Positions 52,939 through 62,858 of a DNA stretch of 64,000 bases are shown here, piece after piece. How positions within the stretch are numbered: the stretch's first letter is position 1; every line of letters begins with the position of its first letter. The notes beneath the pieces were generated by a model. It searched no databases and was not told the DNA's origin. It was given only the letters and a program-made list of their open reading frames with translations. This DNA comes from an uncultured bacterium (lineage in GTDB: Bacteria; Patescibacteriota; Minisyncoccia; Phycocordibacterales; UBA9973). Where the stretch lies: positions 1,315 through 65,314 of the forward strand of contig CAIQAL010000028.1 of the NCBI GenBank assembly GCA_903869825.1, written 5' to 3'. The translations under genes and the position numbers were made by a program.

Positions 52939-52954
52939 AATTTTTAAAAAAATA

Positions 52955-55174
52955 TTATTTCGCGATTGCAGTTGCTTCGTCGAACTTTACGGAAAGAAGT
53001 CGTGATGCTCCATCGGCACCGACAGTGACTCCGTAGAGTACTCCAGCCCGGGACATTGTTTCTCGGTTATGGGTTACCACCACCAATTGTGAGTGTTTCG
53101 ATAGTTTTTCGAGCATATCACCAAATTTACGGGAATTGGCCTCATCTAGCGCTGCGTCAGTCTCATCAAGTACTAAAAATGGTGGTGGATTAACCTGTGA
53201 CATAGCAAACAGAAGTGCAATAGAAGTAAGAGACCTTTCCCCCCCGGACAGAGCATGAAGTTCCTTCACTTTTTTATGTGGCAAAGAAACATTTATTTCT
53301 ATCCCAGTTTCTGGGGCTTTTTCTCCTTCCTCTACATTTTCTTCCTCATCTTTTTTCTTCTGTTCAGCAATTACCGTAAGGTGTCCTGTTCCTCCTCCAA
53401 ACATCAAAGTGAAAAATTCCTGAAACTCTTTATTTATCTTTCTGATTCCTTCTTCAAATTCAATCCCGATTTTTTCTTTCAGTTCTACCATCAAGACCCT
53501 CAAGGACTCTATGCTTTTCTCTAAATCTTCCATCTCTTTCGCTAAAAATAGATCACGTTCTTTTACTTCCTCAAATTCTTTCATCACTTCGGTTTCTCCT
53601 CCTGCTCCGACATCTTCCAATTTTATTTTTATTCTTTCAATTTTTCTCTTCTGTTCTTCCTGACTCAATGTGAATATTTCTGGTACTTCAAAATTTTTAT
53701 ATTGAAGAATCTCCGTCCCTACCAAAACGGACCCTTCTTGTATTTCGGTCTCAAAAGTTTCCATCTCCTTCTTCAAATTTTCTTCTTTTACTTTTATTAG
53801 TTCCAAATGAGAGCTAAGTTCTTGAAATTTTACCTTGTGGGCAAATTTTTCCCTTTCTTTTTCTCTTTCCTCCGCCACAACTCCAGCTATTTCTCCCTTT
53901 ACTTTTAAGATAGATTCTTGTAATTTCTTTTCTTCAGCCTCAATTTTACCCATTTCCATCAATACTTTTTCTCGAGTTTCTTTGAGTTCTGTTATTTGAG
54001 AGCTAACTTCTACCACTCCCCCTTCTTTAAAATGTTTCGCAAAACGATTTAAAATATCTTTAATTTTTCCGAGTAAGGGTGCTATGTTTTCTAGAACATC
54101 CATATACATTGCTTCTTCCAGGTACTCATTTGATTCACGTAAAAAGGCTTCAAGCTCTTCTCTCGGAACAGAAATGTGCTCAGATAGTTTTGGTTTTGCT
54201 GTCCGTCTTTCTTCCATCTCAATCATTCCTTCTATCCTCCCTAATTTCCTTTCGATTTCACTTTTTACTCTTCGAATCTCATAAAACTTTTCTTCAAAAC
54301 TTTTTAGCTCATTTTCTTTGATATTTTCGATTTTCGAAATATTCTCTTCAGATTCAGAAATCTGAGGAGCAATTTTAGAAATTTCTTCTTCTGTTTTATT
54401 TTTTTCCGAAACAAAATTCTTATTTTCTGTTTCGAGATGGATACTTTCTCTTTTTAAATATTCCTGATACAAAGCTAACAATTCTTCTTGCATTCCTTTA
54501 GCTTTTTCAAATTTTTCAACTTGTTTCTTTAGGAAATTAAGGTGCGGGGCATTTTCTCTTCGTAAGAGAGAAACCTCCTTCATGTTGTTTATTGTTCTTT
54601 CAAGTTTACGTTCAGATTCCTTTATCTTATATTGATATATCTTGAGTCCAAGAGCATCTTCAATCATTTCTTTTCGATCTTTAGCTGAAGCATTTAGAAT
54701 TCTATCCGCTTCTCCTTGGGAAATAATATGGTGACCTGAAGAACCGATATTCACCGAGGAAAGCAAGTTATTAATATCTTTTAACCGAACTTCCGAACCG
54801 TTTAAAATATATTTATTTAATCCATCCGAATACACTTCCCGGCCAATCGAAGCAGTGTCAAAATTGAGGTCAATCGCTTCTCCTCCTTCATTGGTAAGTT
54901 TAAATATTTTATCGGAATTATTAAAATATATTGATACTCCCGCTCTAGAACTTTTTGATAAAGTCTTCGAACCTTTAAAAATGAGGTCGAGTCCCGCTTT
55001 TCCTCGCATAGATTTCATTGATTGTTCTCCAAGCACAAATCGAAATGCTTCTACTACGTTTGATTTTCCGGAACCATTCGGCCCAACTACTGCCACAATC
55101 GGACTTTCAAAATCCAAACTTGTTTTTTTGGCAAAAGATTTGAAGCCATTTATTTCTAAGGATTTTAATCGCAT
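52955..55174 (-). CDS. smc: Short SMC-family ATPase
   Basis: GFKSFA, GPNGSGKSN, ISQGE, LSGGE, LDETDAALD; downstream of rnc. Confidence 0.88.
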   Translation of the reverse strand: MRLKSLEINGFKSFAKKTSLDFESPIVAVVGPNGSGKSNVVEAFRFVLGEQSMKSMRGKAGLDLIFKGSKTLSKSSRAGVSIYFNNSDKIFKLTNEGGEAIDLNFDTASIGREVYSDGLNKYILNGSEVRLKDINNLLSSVNIGSSGHHIISQGEADRILNASAKDRKEMIEDALGLKIYQYKIKESERKLERTINNMKEVSLLRRENAPHLNFLKKQVEKFEKAKGMQEELLALYQEYLKRESIHLETENKNFVSEKNKTEEEISKIAPQISESEENISKIENIKENELKSFEEKFYEIRRVKSEIERKLGRIEGMIEMEERRTAKPKLSEHISVPREELEAFLRESNEYLEEAMYMDVLENIAPLLGKIKDILNRFAKHFKEGGVVEVSSQITELKETREKVLMEMGKIEAEEKKLQESILKVKGEIAGVVAEEREKEREKFAHKVKFQELSSHLELIKVKEENLKKEMETFETEIQEGSVLVGTEILQYKNFEVPEIFTLSQEEQKRKIERIKIKLEDVGAGGETEVMKEFEEVKERDLFLAKEMEDLEKSIESLRVLMVELKEKIGIEFEEGIRKINKEFQEFFTLMFGGGTGHLTVIAEQKKKDEEENVEEGEKAPETGIEINVSLPHKKVKELHALSGGERSLTSIALLFAMSQVNPPPFLVLDETDAALDEANSRKFGDMLEKLSKHSQLVVVTHNRETMSRAGVLYGVTVGADGASRLLSVKFDEATAIAK

Positions 55175-55175
55175 G

Positions 55176-55871
55176 TTAATCGAGCCAGTTTTTTGTTTTT
55201 AAAGCATACATCGCCGCAGATTGTTCGGCTTCCTGTTTTGACTTCCCTTTCCCTTCAGCAATAAGTGCAAGACCAAAATATATTCCGACCGTAAAATGTT
55301 TATCGTGATCCGGACCAGCTTCATGTAGTACTTTATAGGAAGGAGTGACATTCACAAATTCTTGCGCTTTTTCCTGTACTAAGCTTTTTGAGTCCCGCCA
55401 GAGTTTTTTTGAAACAATTTCTTCGGTATGGGGCAATAGTATCTTACCAATAAAAATATCAGCGCTATCGTACCCTTGATCCAAATAAATAGCTCCAATC
55501 AGTGCTTCAAAAGTGTTGGCTAAAATATATTGTCTTGCTTTTCCGATATCTTTTGATTCTCCTTTTGAGAGCAGAAGATAATCGTTCATTCCAACTTCTG
55601 AGGCAACTTCTGAAATAATTATTGCATTAACCAAGGCTGAACGAAGAGAGGTCAACTCCCCTTCGGCATAACCTGGATATTTTTTGTAGAGAAAATCAGT
55701 AACAACAAGCTCCAACACGGCATCACCCAAAAACTCCAATCGTTCGTTGTGCGAGAGTCCGGCACTTGGATTTTCATTTATATAGGAACGATGGATAAAA
55801 GCTTGCCGAAGTAAATTCTTATCCTTAAAAAATACGTTTATTTTTTTTTCAAAATCTGAAAAATTAATCAT
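55176..55871 (-). CDS. rnc: Ribonuclease III
   Basis: HNERLEFLGDAVLEL; dsRBD GKSKQEAEQSAA. Confidence 0.97.
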   Translation of the reverse strand: MINFSDFEKKINVFFKDKNLLRQAFIHRSYINENPSAGLSHNERLEFLGDAVLELVVTDFLYKKYPGYAEGELTSLRSALVNAIIISEVASEVGMNDYLLLSKGESKDIGKARQYILANTFEALIGAIYLDQGYDSADIFIGKILLPHTEEIVSKKLWRDSKSLVQEKAQEFVNVTPSYKVLHEAGPDHDKHFTVGIYFGLALIAEGKGKSKQEAEQSAAMYALKTKNWLD

Positions 55872-55944
55872 AGAGATTTTGACTCTAGACTTTAGATATT
55901 AATTTCACTTACTATCTACAGTCTAAGGCCCTGTTCATTTTAAT

Positions 55945-56865
55945 CTACTCTTTTAATTTGCTAATAATTTCGATTGCTTTTGTTATTAATGGCACAATAT
56001 CATTATAAATCCTAAGTTCGGGAATTTCAGAAAATTGAAACCACCTTGCCCCATCAAGGCCACCTGAAGCTTCCAGCTGTAATTCACGGTATTCACTCTC
56101 TGCTAAAAAATATGCAACTTTTTTCAAGGTCTTCCCGTTCTCTGGATGACTGGCCACATATTGATTATCCCCCAGTTTTTCTTTAATAACTATATCGAGA
56201 CCAATCTCTTCTTTTATTTTTCTTTTTGTACCTTCTTCCAAGCTTTCATTTTTTGATTCAGGGGTATCCCCAACTTTTCCTTTGGACAGAGTCCAGTAGC
56301 CAAAAACATCATGCACTAAGGCAAATAGAATCTCGTTCCCTCTCTTTGCATAGATTAATGCTCCCCCCAACTTTTCAACCGGGAGTTTTGTAATATCAAT
56401 CGGCTCTTCTACTTTTTTCTTTTTACTTTTCTCTTCTTTCCCTGGTTCTCCAATTTCTTTATAAACCGCACCAAGAACACCGTTAATAAACTTACTGGAG
56501 TTTTCTCCGCCGTAAGTTTTCGCGAGTTCAATCGCTTCGTTGATGGCAACTTTTGGAGGCACTTGAGTCCTATCGCCAAATAAAAGCTCGTCTAGGCCAA
56601 TTCTTAGGATATTTTTATCAATGTAAGAAATTTTATCAAGTGGCCAGTCGGGAGCGGCTTTTTCGATAATTTCGTCAATAACTTTTATTTTTTTTATTAT
56701 TTGTTCTAGTAACGCAAACACAAAAGCATCATCTTCAAGTCCTGGAGCGAATTCTTTCAGGTTGCGCATAGCAACTTCTTGTATTTCAATATCTTTCCCA
56801 TTAGCAAAATCCCACTCAAAAAGAGTCTGAAGAACTATTGATCTTGAAAGGTGCCGATTCGCCAT
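55945..56865 (-). CDS. nusB: NusB fused to a C-terminal Nudix-like domain
   Basis: RHLSRSIVLQTLF, VAINEAIELAK.YG..FINGVLG; WTLSKGKV..KIKEEIGL. Confidence 0.9.
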   Translation of the reverse strand: MANRHLSRSIVLQTLFEWDFANGKDIEIQEVAMRNLKEFAPGLEDDAFVFALLEQIIKKIKVIDEIIEKAAPDWPLDKISYIDKNILRIGLDELLFGDRTQVPPKVAINEAIELAKTYGGENSSKFINGVLGAVYKEIGEPGKEEKSKKKKVEEPIDITKLPVEKLGGALIYAKRGNEILFALVHDVFGYWTLSKGKVGDTPESKNESLEEGTKRKIKEEIGLDIVIKEKLGDNQYVASHPENGKTLKKVAYFLAESEYRELQLEASGGLDGARWFQFSEIPELRIYNDIVPLITKAIEIISKLKE

Positions 56866-56882
56866 AAATTAATGAACAAAAA

Positions 56883-57113
56883 TTATTTTCCTGCTGCTAC
56901 TTGTTTTGCTTTTGCCTTCTTTTGTTTCTTTTCAACTTTTTTGACCATATCTATTACCTTCATTCCGCGATAAAAGCCGCAAGCGGGGCAAACGTTATGT
57001 CGTCTTTTTAATTCAGCACAATTTTCACACTTCGCAAAGGAAGTGGCTACCAAGGCGTGATGAGAACGCCTATTTGCTGTATGCGATTTTGTATGCCTCA
57101 TTCGTACTACCAT
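56883..57113 (-). CDS. rpmF: 50S ribosomal protein L32
   Basis: RRSHHAL, CENC..RHNVCPACGFYRG. Confidence 0.93.
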   Translation of the reverse strand: MVVRMRHTKSHTANRRSHHALVATSFAKCENCAELKRRHNVCPACGFYRGMKVIDMVKKVEKKQKKAKAKQVAAGK

Positions 57114-57166
57114 AATGTCTTTTATACTAGCATATCTAACAAGAAATGCAAAATATCCATTTCATA

Positions 57167-57724
57167 CTAATTTTGATTAGATAAATTAATTTTTGTATCA
57201 CTGTTTGTTGTAGATTTTTCGCAATCTGTTTGTTTATTTAATTTTATTGTAGATAATATTTCATTATAAGCAGAAACTACTTCAGAATTACTGTTGTTCG
57301 TAACTATCACATAGCCATCTCCTACACTCTTGCATAGTTTATATCCTATGTATTCACAAGATTCAAAAGGAAAGTTAATTAATATTGCCTCACCACCGTC
57401 TTTTGGCTTAATTTCTGTATTCAGGATGCCTCCCCCTGGGACATTACCTTCTAATGGTTTTGTTTCTTTTACAGAAAATCCTTTTGGATAGCTAAAACTA
57501 AAAGCCTCTTTTGAAATAGCTGACATCTCGCAAGGAGTTTTGTATGAGATGACTTCAACTTGATTGAAGGCGATATTATTTTGGCTTGCTTGTGGTAAAT
57601 TATTTTCTGTCACACTTGATGAAAAAGTATTAGATTTTTTTCCAGTATAAAACGCAATACCTCCAATTACTAAAATGATTATAATAATCACAAGCCCAAT
57701 AATGATTTTTTTATCTTTATTCAT
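57167..57724 (-). CDS. Exported hypothetical protein
   Basis: N-terminal TM; FSFSYPKGF. Confidence 0.65.
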   Translation of the reverse strand: MNKDKKIIIGLVIIIIILVIGGIAFYTGKKSNTFSSSVTENNLPQASQNNIAFNQVEVISYKTPCEMSAISKEAFSFSYPKGFSVKETKPLEGNVPGGGILNTEIKPKDGGEAILINFPFESCEYIGYKLCKSVGDGYVIVTNNSNSEVVSAYNEILSTIKLNKQTDCEKSTTNSDTKINLSNQN

Positions 57725-57784
57725 ATAAGGAGATTATATACCAAAAATTTCAAAAACTAGCAGAATGTGATAACATAAAGACAT

Positions 57785-59533
57785 ATGGAACAAAATGAAA
57801 AACTACATAATTTAAGACATACCTTGGCGCACTTGCTCGCCGCCGCGGTTTTGGAAATGTACCCGAACACCAAAAACACTATTGGCCCTTCAATTGATGA
57901 CGGCTTTTATTATGACTTTGAATTCTCATCCCCTATTTCTGACAAGGACTTACCAAAAATTGAAAAGAAAATGAGAGAAATTTTAAAATCTTGGAAAGAA
58001 CTTACTCATGAGAAAAAAACAGAAAGTGAAGCGAAAGAATATTTTGCTAATAATGAATATAAATTAGAATTAATAGATGAAATTGTAAGCAAAAAAGAAC
58101 CGATTACTTTCTATACTTGTGGAAAATTTACCGACCTTTGCCGTGGCGGACATTTGAAAAATCCGAAAGCAGAAATCGCCGATGGCTCATTTAAACTAGA
58201 CCGCGTCGCTGGCGCATATTGGCGCGGAAACGAAAAAAATAAAATGTTGACCCGTATTTACGGACTCGCATTTGAAACCAAAGAAGAACTGGAAAAATAT
58301 TTAAACCAAAAAGAAGAAGCTCGAAAAAGAGATCACAAAAAAATAGGAAAAGAATTGAAATTGTTTACTATTTCCGAGTTGGTTGGAAAAGGCTTACCGA
58401 TGCTCATGCCTCGCGGCAACATCATTAAAACAGAACTTGAAAAATTTATTCGTTCAAAAAAAGAAGCACTCGATTATTCATTTGTTACAATTCCACATAT
58501 CGCGAGAAAAGAACTCTATATCAGAAGTGGCCATATGGGCAAATACGATGCAATGATGCCGACAATGACTGATGAAAATGGTGACGAATTTGTAATGAAA
58601 GCAATGAACTGCCCACACCACTTTGAGATTTATAATGCCGAACCACACACTTACAAAGACCTTCCTCTCAGGCTCGCAGAAAATACTACTGTATATCGAA
58701 ATGAAAAATCTGGAGAGTTAGCTGGACTTTTGAGAGTAAAAAACATAACTCAAGACGATACTCACCATTTTGTCACCCCAGACCAGATAAGAACAGAAAT
58801 TGAAATGATTTTTAATTTAATGCGGGAAGTTTATGAAGTTTTTGGTTTTAAAGATTATAAAGTTGAAATCTCAGTCAGAGATAAATCAAATAAAGCAAAA
58901 TATTTTGGCAGCGATGAAGTCTGGGAAAAAGCAGAAAATATTTTAATTGAATCGGCAAAGAAATTGGGCTTAAAATACACCGTCGAAGAAGGCGAGGCAG
59001 CATTCTATGGACCAAAAATCGATATAAAAGTAAAAGACTCTATTGGCCGGGAATGGCAATTAACCACCATCCAGCTTGATTTCAACCAACCAGAAAATTT
59101 TGAAATGGATTACGTTGGACCAGATGGCAAGAAACACCGAGTGGTAGTGCTCCATGTTGCCGTTCTTGGTTCTTTTGAAAGATTTATGGGAGTTCTGATT
59201 GAACACTATGCTGGAGCCTTTCCTACTTGGCTCTCCCCAGTGCAGGTCGCTATTATTCCTGTGCGAGAAAACCACGAAGGAGAAGCAAAAAAACTTTTTG
59301 ATACTTTAAAAGAATCTAATGTCCGAGTAGAAATTTTTGGGTCAGACGATAGCCTCGGCAAACGCATTCATGCTGCTAAAGATATGAAAACCCCGTACGT
59401 AATAGTGTTGGGAGACAAAGAAGTCGCTTCTGGAGAATTAACAATCGAAAACCGAGATGGCACCAAAACTGAGAATATTTCTTCTCTTGGATTCATGGAA
59501 AAACTCAAAAAAGAGATAGAAGGGAAAAAATAA
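57785..59533 (+). CDS. thrS: Threonine--tRNA ligase (no N1/TGS domain)
   Basis: RHTLAHLLA, DLCRGGH, RDHKKIG, KAMNCPHH, AAFYGPKID, GSFERF. Confidence 0.97.
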   Translation: MEQNEKLHNLRHTLAHLLAAAVLEMYPNTKNTIGPSIDDGFYYDFEFSSPISDKDLPKIEKKMREILKSWKELTHEKKTESEAKEYFANNEYKLELIDEIVSKKEPITFYTCGKFTDLCRGGHLKNPKAEIADGSFKLDRVAGAYWRGNEKNKMLTRIYGLAFETKEELEKYLNQKEEARKRDHKKIGKELKLFTISELVGKGLPMLMPRGNIIKTELEKFIRSKKEALDYSFVTIPHIARKELYIRSGHMGKYDAMMPTMTDENGDEFVMKAMNCPHHFEIYNAEPHTYKDLPLRLAENTTVYRNEKSGELAGLLRVKNITQDDTHHFVTPDQIRTEIEMIFNLMREVYEVFGFKDYKVEISVRDKSNKAKYFGSDEVWEKAENILIESAKKLGLKYTVEEGEAAFYGPKIDIKVKDSIGREWQLTTIQLDFNQPENFEMDYVGPDGKKHRVVVLHVAVLGSFERFMGVLIEHYAGAFPTWLSPVQVAIIPVRENHEGEAKKLFDTLKESNVRVEIFGSDDSLGKRIHAAKDMKTPYVIVLGDKEVASGELTIENRDGTKTENISSLGFMEKLKKEIEGKK

Positions 59534-59537
59534 AACT

Positions 59538-60140
59538 ATGAGCAAGGCTCTGGAGCTAAAAAAAATTCATGAACACTGGTTTACGAACTGCAAATGTGAG
59601 CTAAGGAAAACTGCAATCCAACCCGTACCGGGAGATGGCAACCCAGAAGCCAAAATCGTCTTTATCGGCGAGGCTCCGGGGAAAAGTGAGGATGCTCAGG
59701 GAATTCCTTTTGTTGGCGCTGCCGGGAAATTTTTAGCCGAAATGCTTGAAGCCATTCATTTAAAACGAGAGGATATCTATATTACAAACATCGTTAAATA
59801 TCGTCCACCAAATAATCGCGACCCACTCCCCGAGGAAAAAGATGCTTGTCGGGAATGGCTTTTAGAAGAATTAAATTGCATCAACCCTCTCCTAATAGTT
59901 TTTCTTGGCCGACATTCAATGAATGATTTCTTTCCACTAGAAACAATTTCAAATGTGCACGGAAAACTTTTGATTAAGAAATTTAATAAAATTAATACAA
60001 AACACTTTCTCCCTCTCTATCATCCAGCGGCCGCCCTTTATAATGGCTCTATGCGCGAAACCCTAATGCAGGATTTCAAAAAAATCCCAAAGATTTTGGA
60101 AAAAATCAACAACACTCCAACAAGATCCGAAATTTTTTGA
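59538..60140 (+). CDS. Uracil-DNA glycosylase, family 4
   Basis: FIGEAPG, PFVGAAG, KYRPPNNRDP, YHPAAALY. Confidence 0.93.
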   Translation: MSKALELKKIHEHWFTNCKCELRKTAIQPVPGDGNPEAKIVFIGEAPGKSEDAQGIPFVGAAGKFLAEMLEAIHLKREDIYITNIVKYRPPNNRDPLPEEKDACREWLLEELNCINPLLIVFLGRHSMNDFFPLETISNVHGKLLIKKFNKINTKHFLPLYHPAAALYNGSMRETLMQDFKKIPKILEKINNTPTRSEIF

Positions 60141-60198
60141 GAGATGCCGAAAAACGAGAATCATCTACATATGTCAAGACTTGTGTAATTAAAATCTA

Positions 60199-60567
60199 TT
60201 ACCAAGAATTGCGTATTCCTTTTTCATCTGTAATCAGGCTCCTGCAATCATAACCGAAAAGTGGAATTTGCTCTCCAGTGCTAACAGAATTAAAACCAGA
60301 AATTTCATTAATAAGAAAAGAACCTGTTTGTAATCCTTGTAAGTTAAAGTAAAAATTTTGAAAAAAATTATCAGTTGGAGAACTTGATGTACCCGCTGTA
60401 ATTACATACAGTGTTTCGTCTTTTTTTATACACAAATCTATTGATATAACATGATCCTTTTTATATCTGTCTTCTTTAAGTAAACCTGTATATTTTTCAG
60501 ACACGTTGTTAGGTAAATGCAATCTTCTGATCTTTATTTCCTTACTTAAATAAGTAAAAACAATCAA
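60199..60567 (-). CDS. Hypothetical protein, start unclear (possibly degraded 5' end)
   Basis: An in-frame hydrophobic stretch (KIIIVFSITIIVLIVF) extends upstream to a TAA with no ATG. Confidence 0.45.
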   Translation of the reverse strand: MIVFTYLSKEIKIRRLHLPNNVSEKYTGLLKEDRYKKDHVISIDLCIKKDETLYVITAGTSSSPTDNFFQNFYFNLQGLQTGSFLINEISGFNSVSTGEQIPLFGYDCRSLITDEKGIRNSW

Positions 60568-60627
60568 AACAATAATGGTTATTGAAAAAACAATAATTAT
60601 TTTTTCTTATTACGATTATATATGCTA

Positions 60628-62706
60628 TTAAATATCAATCTCTGCAAGCTTGGCATTGGATTGAATGAAAGATTTGCGTGGTGGTACTTCAGAGCCCATC
60701 AGGATATCGAAAATTTTATTAGCCTCTTCAGCGTCTCCAATGTCTACCCTTTTTATAATTCGGTGTACTGGATCCATTGTGGTTTCCCAAAGTTCTTCCG
60801 GATTCATTTCTCCGAGACCTTTGTAACGCTGAATATGAACTTTCGTTGATTTTGTTTTTGCTTCTTTTTCTTCCTCTTTTTCTTCTTCCTCTGTTTCTTC
60901 TCCTCCTTCGCCTGGTTCAACGTTCTCTATTTCAGTCACTTCGGCACCGCGCCCGACAATTTTTATTTTTTCTTCATCACTATAAGCGTAGTTTATTTCT
61001 TTTCCTTTTTTAATTTTATAAAGTGGTGGTTGAGCAATATAAATATATCCAGCTTCCACGATCGGTCTAAAGTATCGGTAAAATAAAGTAAGAAGCAATG
61101 TCCTGATGTGCGCTCCGTCCACGTCGGCATCGGTTGCGATAATTATTTTATGGTAGCGCATTTTTTCAAGATCAAAAGTATCTCCAATAGAAGTTCCCAT
61201 CGCAATCACGAGTGCTCGGACTTCTTTTGAAGCAAGCATCTTATCAATCCGAGCTCGTTCCACGTTTAAAATTTTTCCGCGCAGTGGCAAAATAGCTTGG
61301 GTCCGTCGGTCACGTCCTTGTTTGGCTGAACCACCGGCCGAATCTCCCTCTACCAAAAACAACTCCGAATCCTCGGCGCTTTTACTCTGGCAATCGGCAA
61401 GTTTTCCGGGCAAGGTCATCCCTTCTAGGGCTCCTTTTCGTAATACAGAATCTTTTGCTGCTTTGGCTGCCTTTCGGGCTTTAAGAGCCAAAATTGACTT
61501 ACTTATGATGGCTTTTGCCTCATCCGGGTTCTCCTCCAAAAAGCTGGCAAACGCTTCACCAAAGACCATTCCAACAGCCCCTTGGGCTTCCATGCTACCG
61601 AGCTTTGCTTTGGTTTGTCCTTCGAATTGAATCTCCCGAAGTTTTACGGAAATGACTGCGGTCAATCCTTCCAAAACATCATCTCCGGTAAAGCCACCTT
61701 CCGACTCTTTCATCATCTCATTTTTTTTACAGTAAGTATTTAAGGTTCTGGTGAGCGCTGTTTTGAAGCCCGTTACATGAGTTCCTCCTTCTGCAGTGTA
61801 AATATTATTTGCAAATGGAATAATCCGATCTACAATATCGTCCACGTATTGAAGAGCTATTTCCACTCCAACTCCATCCATCTCTTTTTCAATATAAAAA
61901 ATAGTATTTTGGACTGGCTTTTGAAATTTATTGTAATATTTAATAAGCGAGATAAGTCCTCCTTCAAAATAAAACGAAACGGAAGGAACTTCAAGCCCTA
62001 TTTCCTTGAAATAGAAAAAATCGTGCTTAGCAATTTCTTTTTCATCCTCTTCCCGAGCATCAATGATTGAGACATTCAGGCCTTTTACCAAATAAGCTTG
62101 TTGGCGAATATGGCTCACCACCGTACTCCAATCGAATTTTATATCCTTAAAAATTTCTACGTCGGGCTGGAATGTGATAATTGTACCTTGCAATTTTGAG
62201 GAACCGATTTTTTTGACGGCTGCTTTTTTCTTTCCTTGAGAATATTCCTGAACATATCTTCCGCCGTCTTTATGCACTTCCGCTTTGCAATAAATCGAAA
62301 GGGCATTCACGACAGAGGCACCCACTCCATGCAAACCACCTGAGACTTTATATCCTTCGCCGCCAAACTTTCCACCGGCGTGAAGCGTGGTCATAACGGT
62401 TTCAAGGGCAGAAACTTTTGTCTTTTTATGAATATCCACCGGGATACCTCGGCCATTGTCCGCTACTCGAATACGATTTCCCGGTAAAAGGACGACTTCA
62501 ATGTCATTACAAAAACCTCCCATCGCTTCGTCGCGTGAGTTATCAAAAATTTCCCAAATCAAATGGTGCAATCCTTCAGGACCAGTGGTCCCAATATACA
62601 TTCCTGGACGACGCCGAACTGGATCGAGTCCTTCCAAAACCGAAATGTCCGAAGCGTCATAGTGATGTCCATTTCCTGCCTTTTTAACTTCTTTTTCTTT
62701 TGCCAT
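60628..62706 (-). CDS. gyrB: DNA gyrase subunit B
   Basis: RRRPGMYIG, DNGRGIP, LHAGGKF, VEGDSAGG, PLRGKILN, DADVDG, RYKGLGEM. Confidence 0.96.
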   Translation of the reverse strand: MAKEKEVKKAGNGHHYDASDISVLEGLDPVRRRPGMYIGTTGPEGLHHLIWEIFDNSRDEAMGGFCNDIEVVLLPGNRIRVADNGRGIPVDIHKKTKVSALETVMTTLHAGGKFGGEGYKVSGGLHGVGASVVNALSIYCKAEVHKDGGRYVQEYSQGKKKAAVKKIGSSKLQGTIITFQPDVEIFKDIKFDWSTVVSHIRQQAYLVKGLNVSIIDAREEDEKEIAKHDFFYFKEIGLEVPSVSFYFEGGLISLIKYYNKFQKPVQNTIFYIEKEMDGVGVEIALQYVDDIVDRIIPFANNIYTAEGGTHVTGFKTALTRTLNTYCKKNEMMKESEGGFTGDDVLEGLTAVISVKLREIQFEGQTKAKLGSMEAQGAVGMVFGEAFASFLEENPDEAKAIISKSILALKARKAAKAAKDSVLRKGALEGMTLPGKLADCQSKSAEDSELFLVEGDSAGGSAKQGRDRRTQAILPLRGKILNVERARIDKMLASKEVRALVIAMGTSIGDTFDLEKMRYHKIIIATDADVDGAHIRTLLLTLFYRYFRPIVEAGYIYIAQPPLYKIKKGKEINYAYSDEEKIKIVGRGAEVTEIENVEPGEGGEETEEEEKEEEKEAKTKSTKVHIQRYKGLGEMNPEELWETTMDPVHRIIKRVDIGDAEEANKIFDILMGSEVPPRKSFIQSNAKLAEIDI

Positions 62707-62858
62707 TATATGTTAAATTTATCCTTATAATTCTGCTTAAAAAATATTTACCCGCCGACCGGCGGGAAAGCAAAAAACGAGTTTTCTGCTTTGTATATTA
62801 TATCAAAAAACAAGAGAAAAAACCAGCCAAATTTGCTTTAATAGTGGATATTTTAATC

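Noticed and set aside
57785-59533. Short ThrRS lacking the TGS domain; two tRNA-Thr genes in the same window
   Set aside because: N1-less ThrRS is common in reduced genomes, and the tRNAs are over 15 kb away with no visible link.
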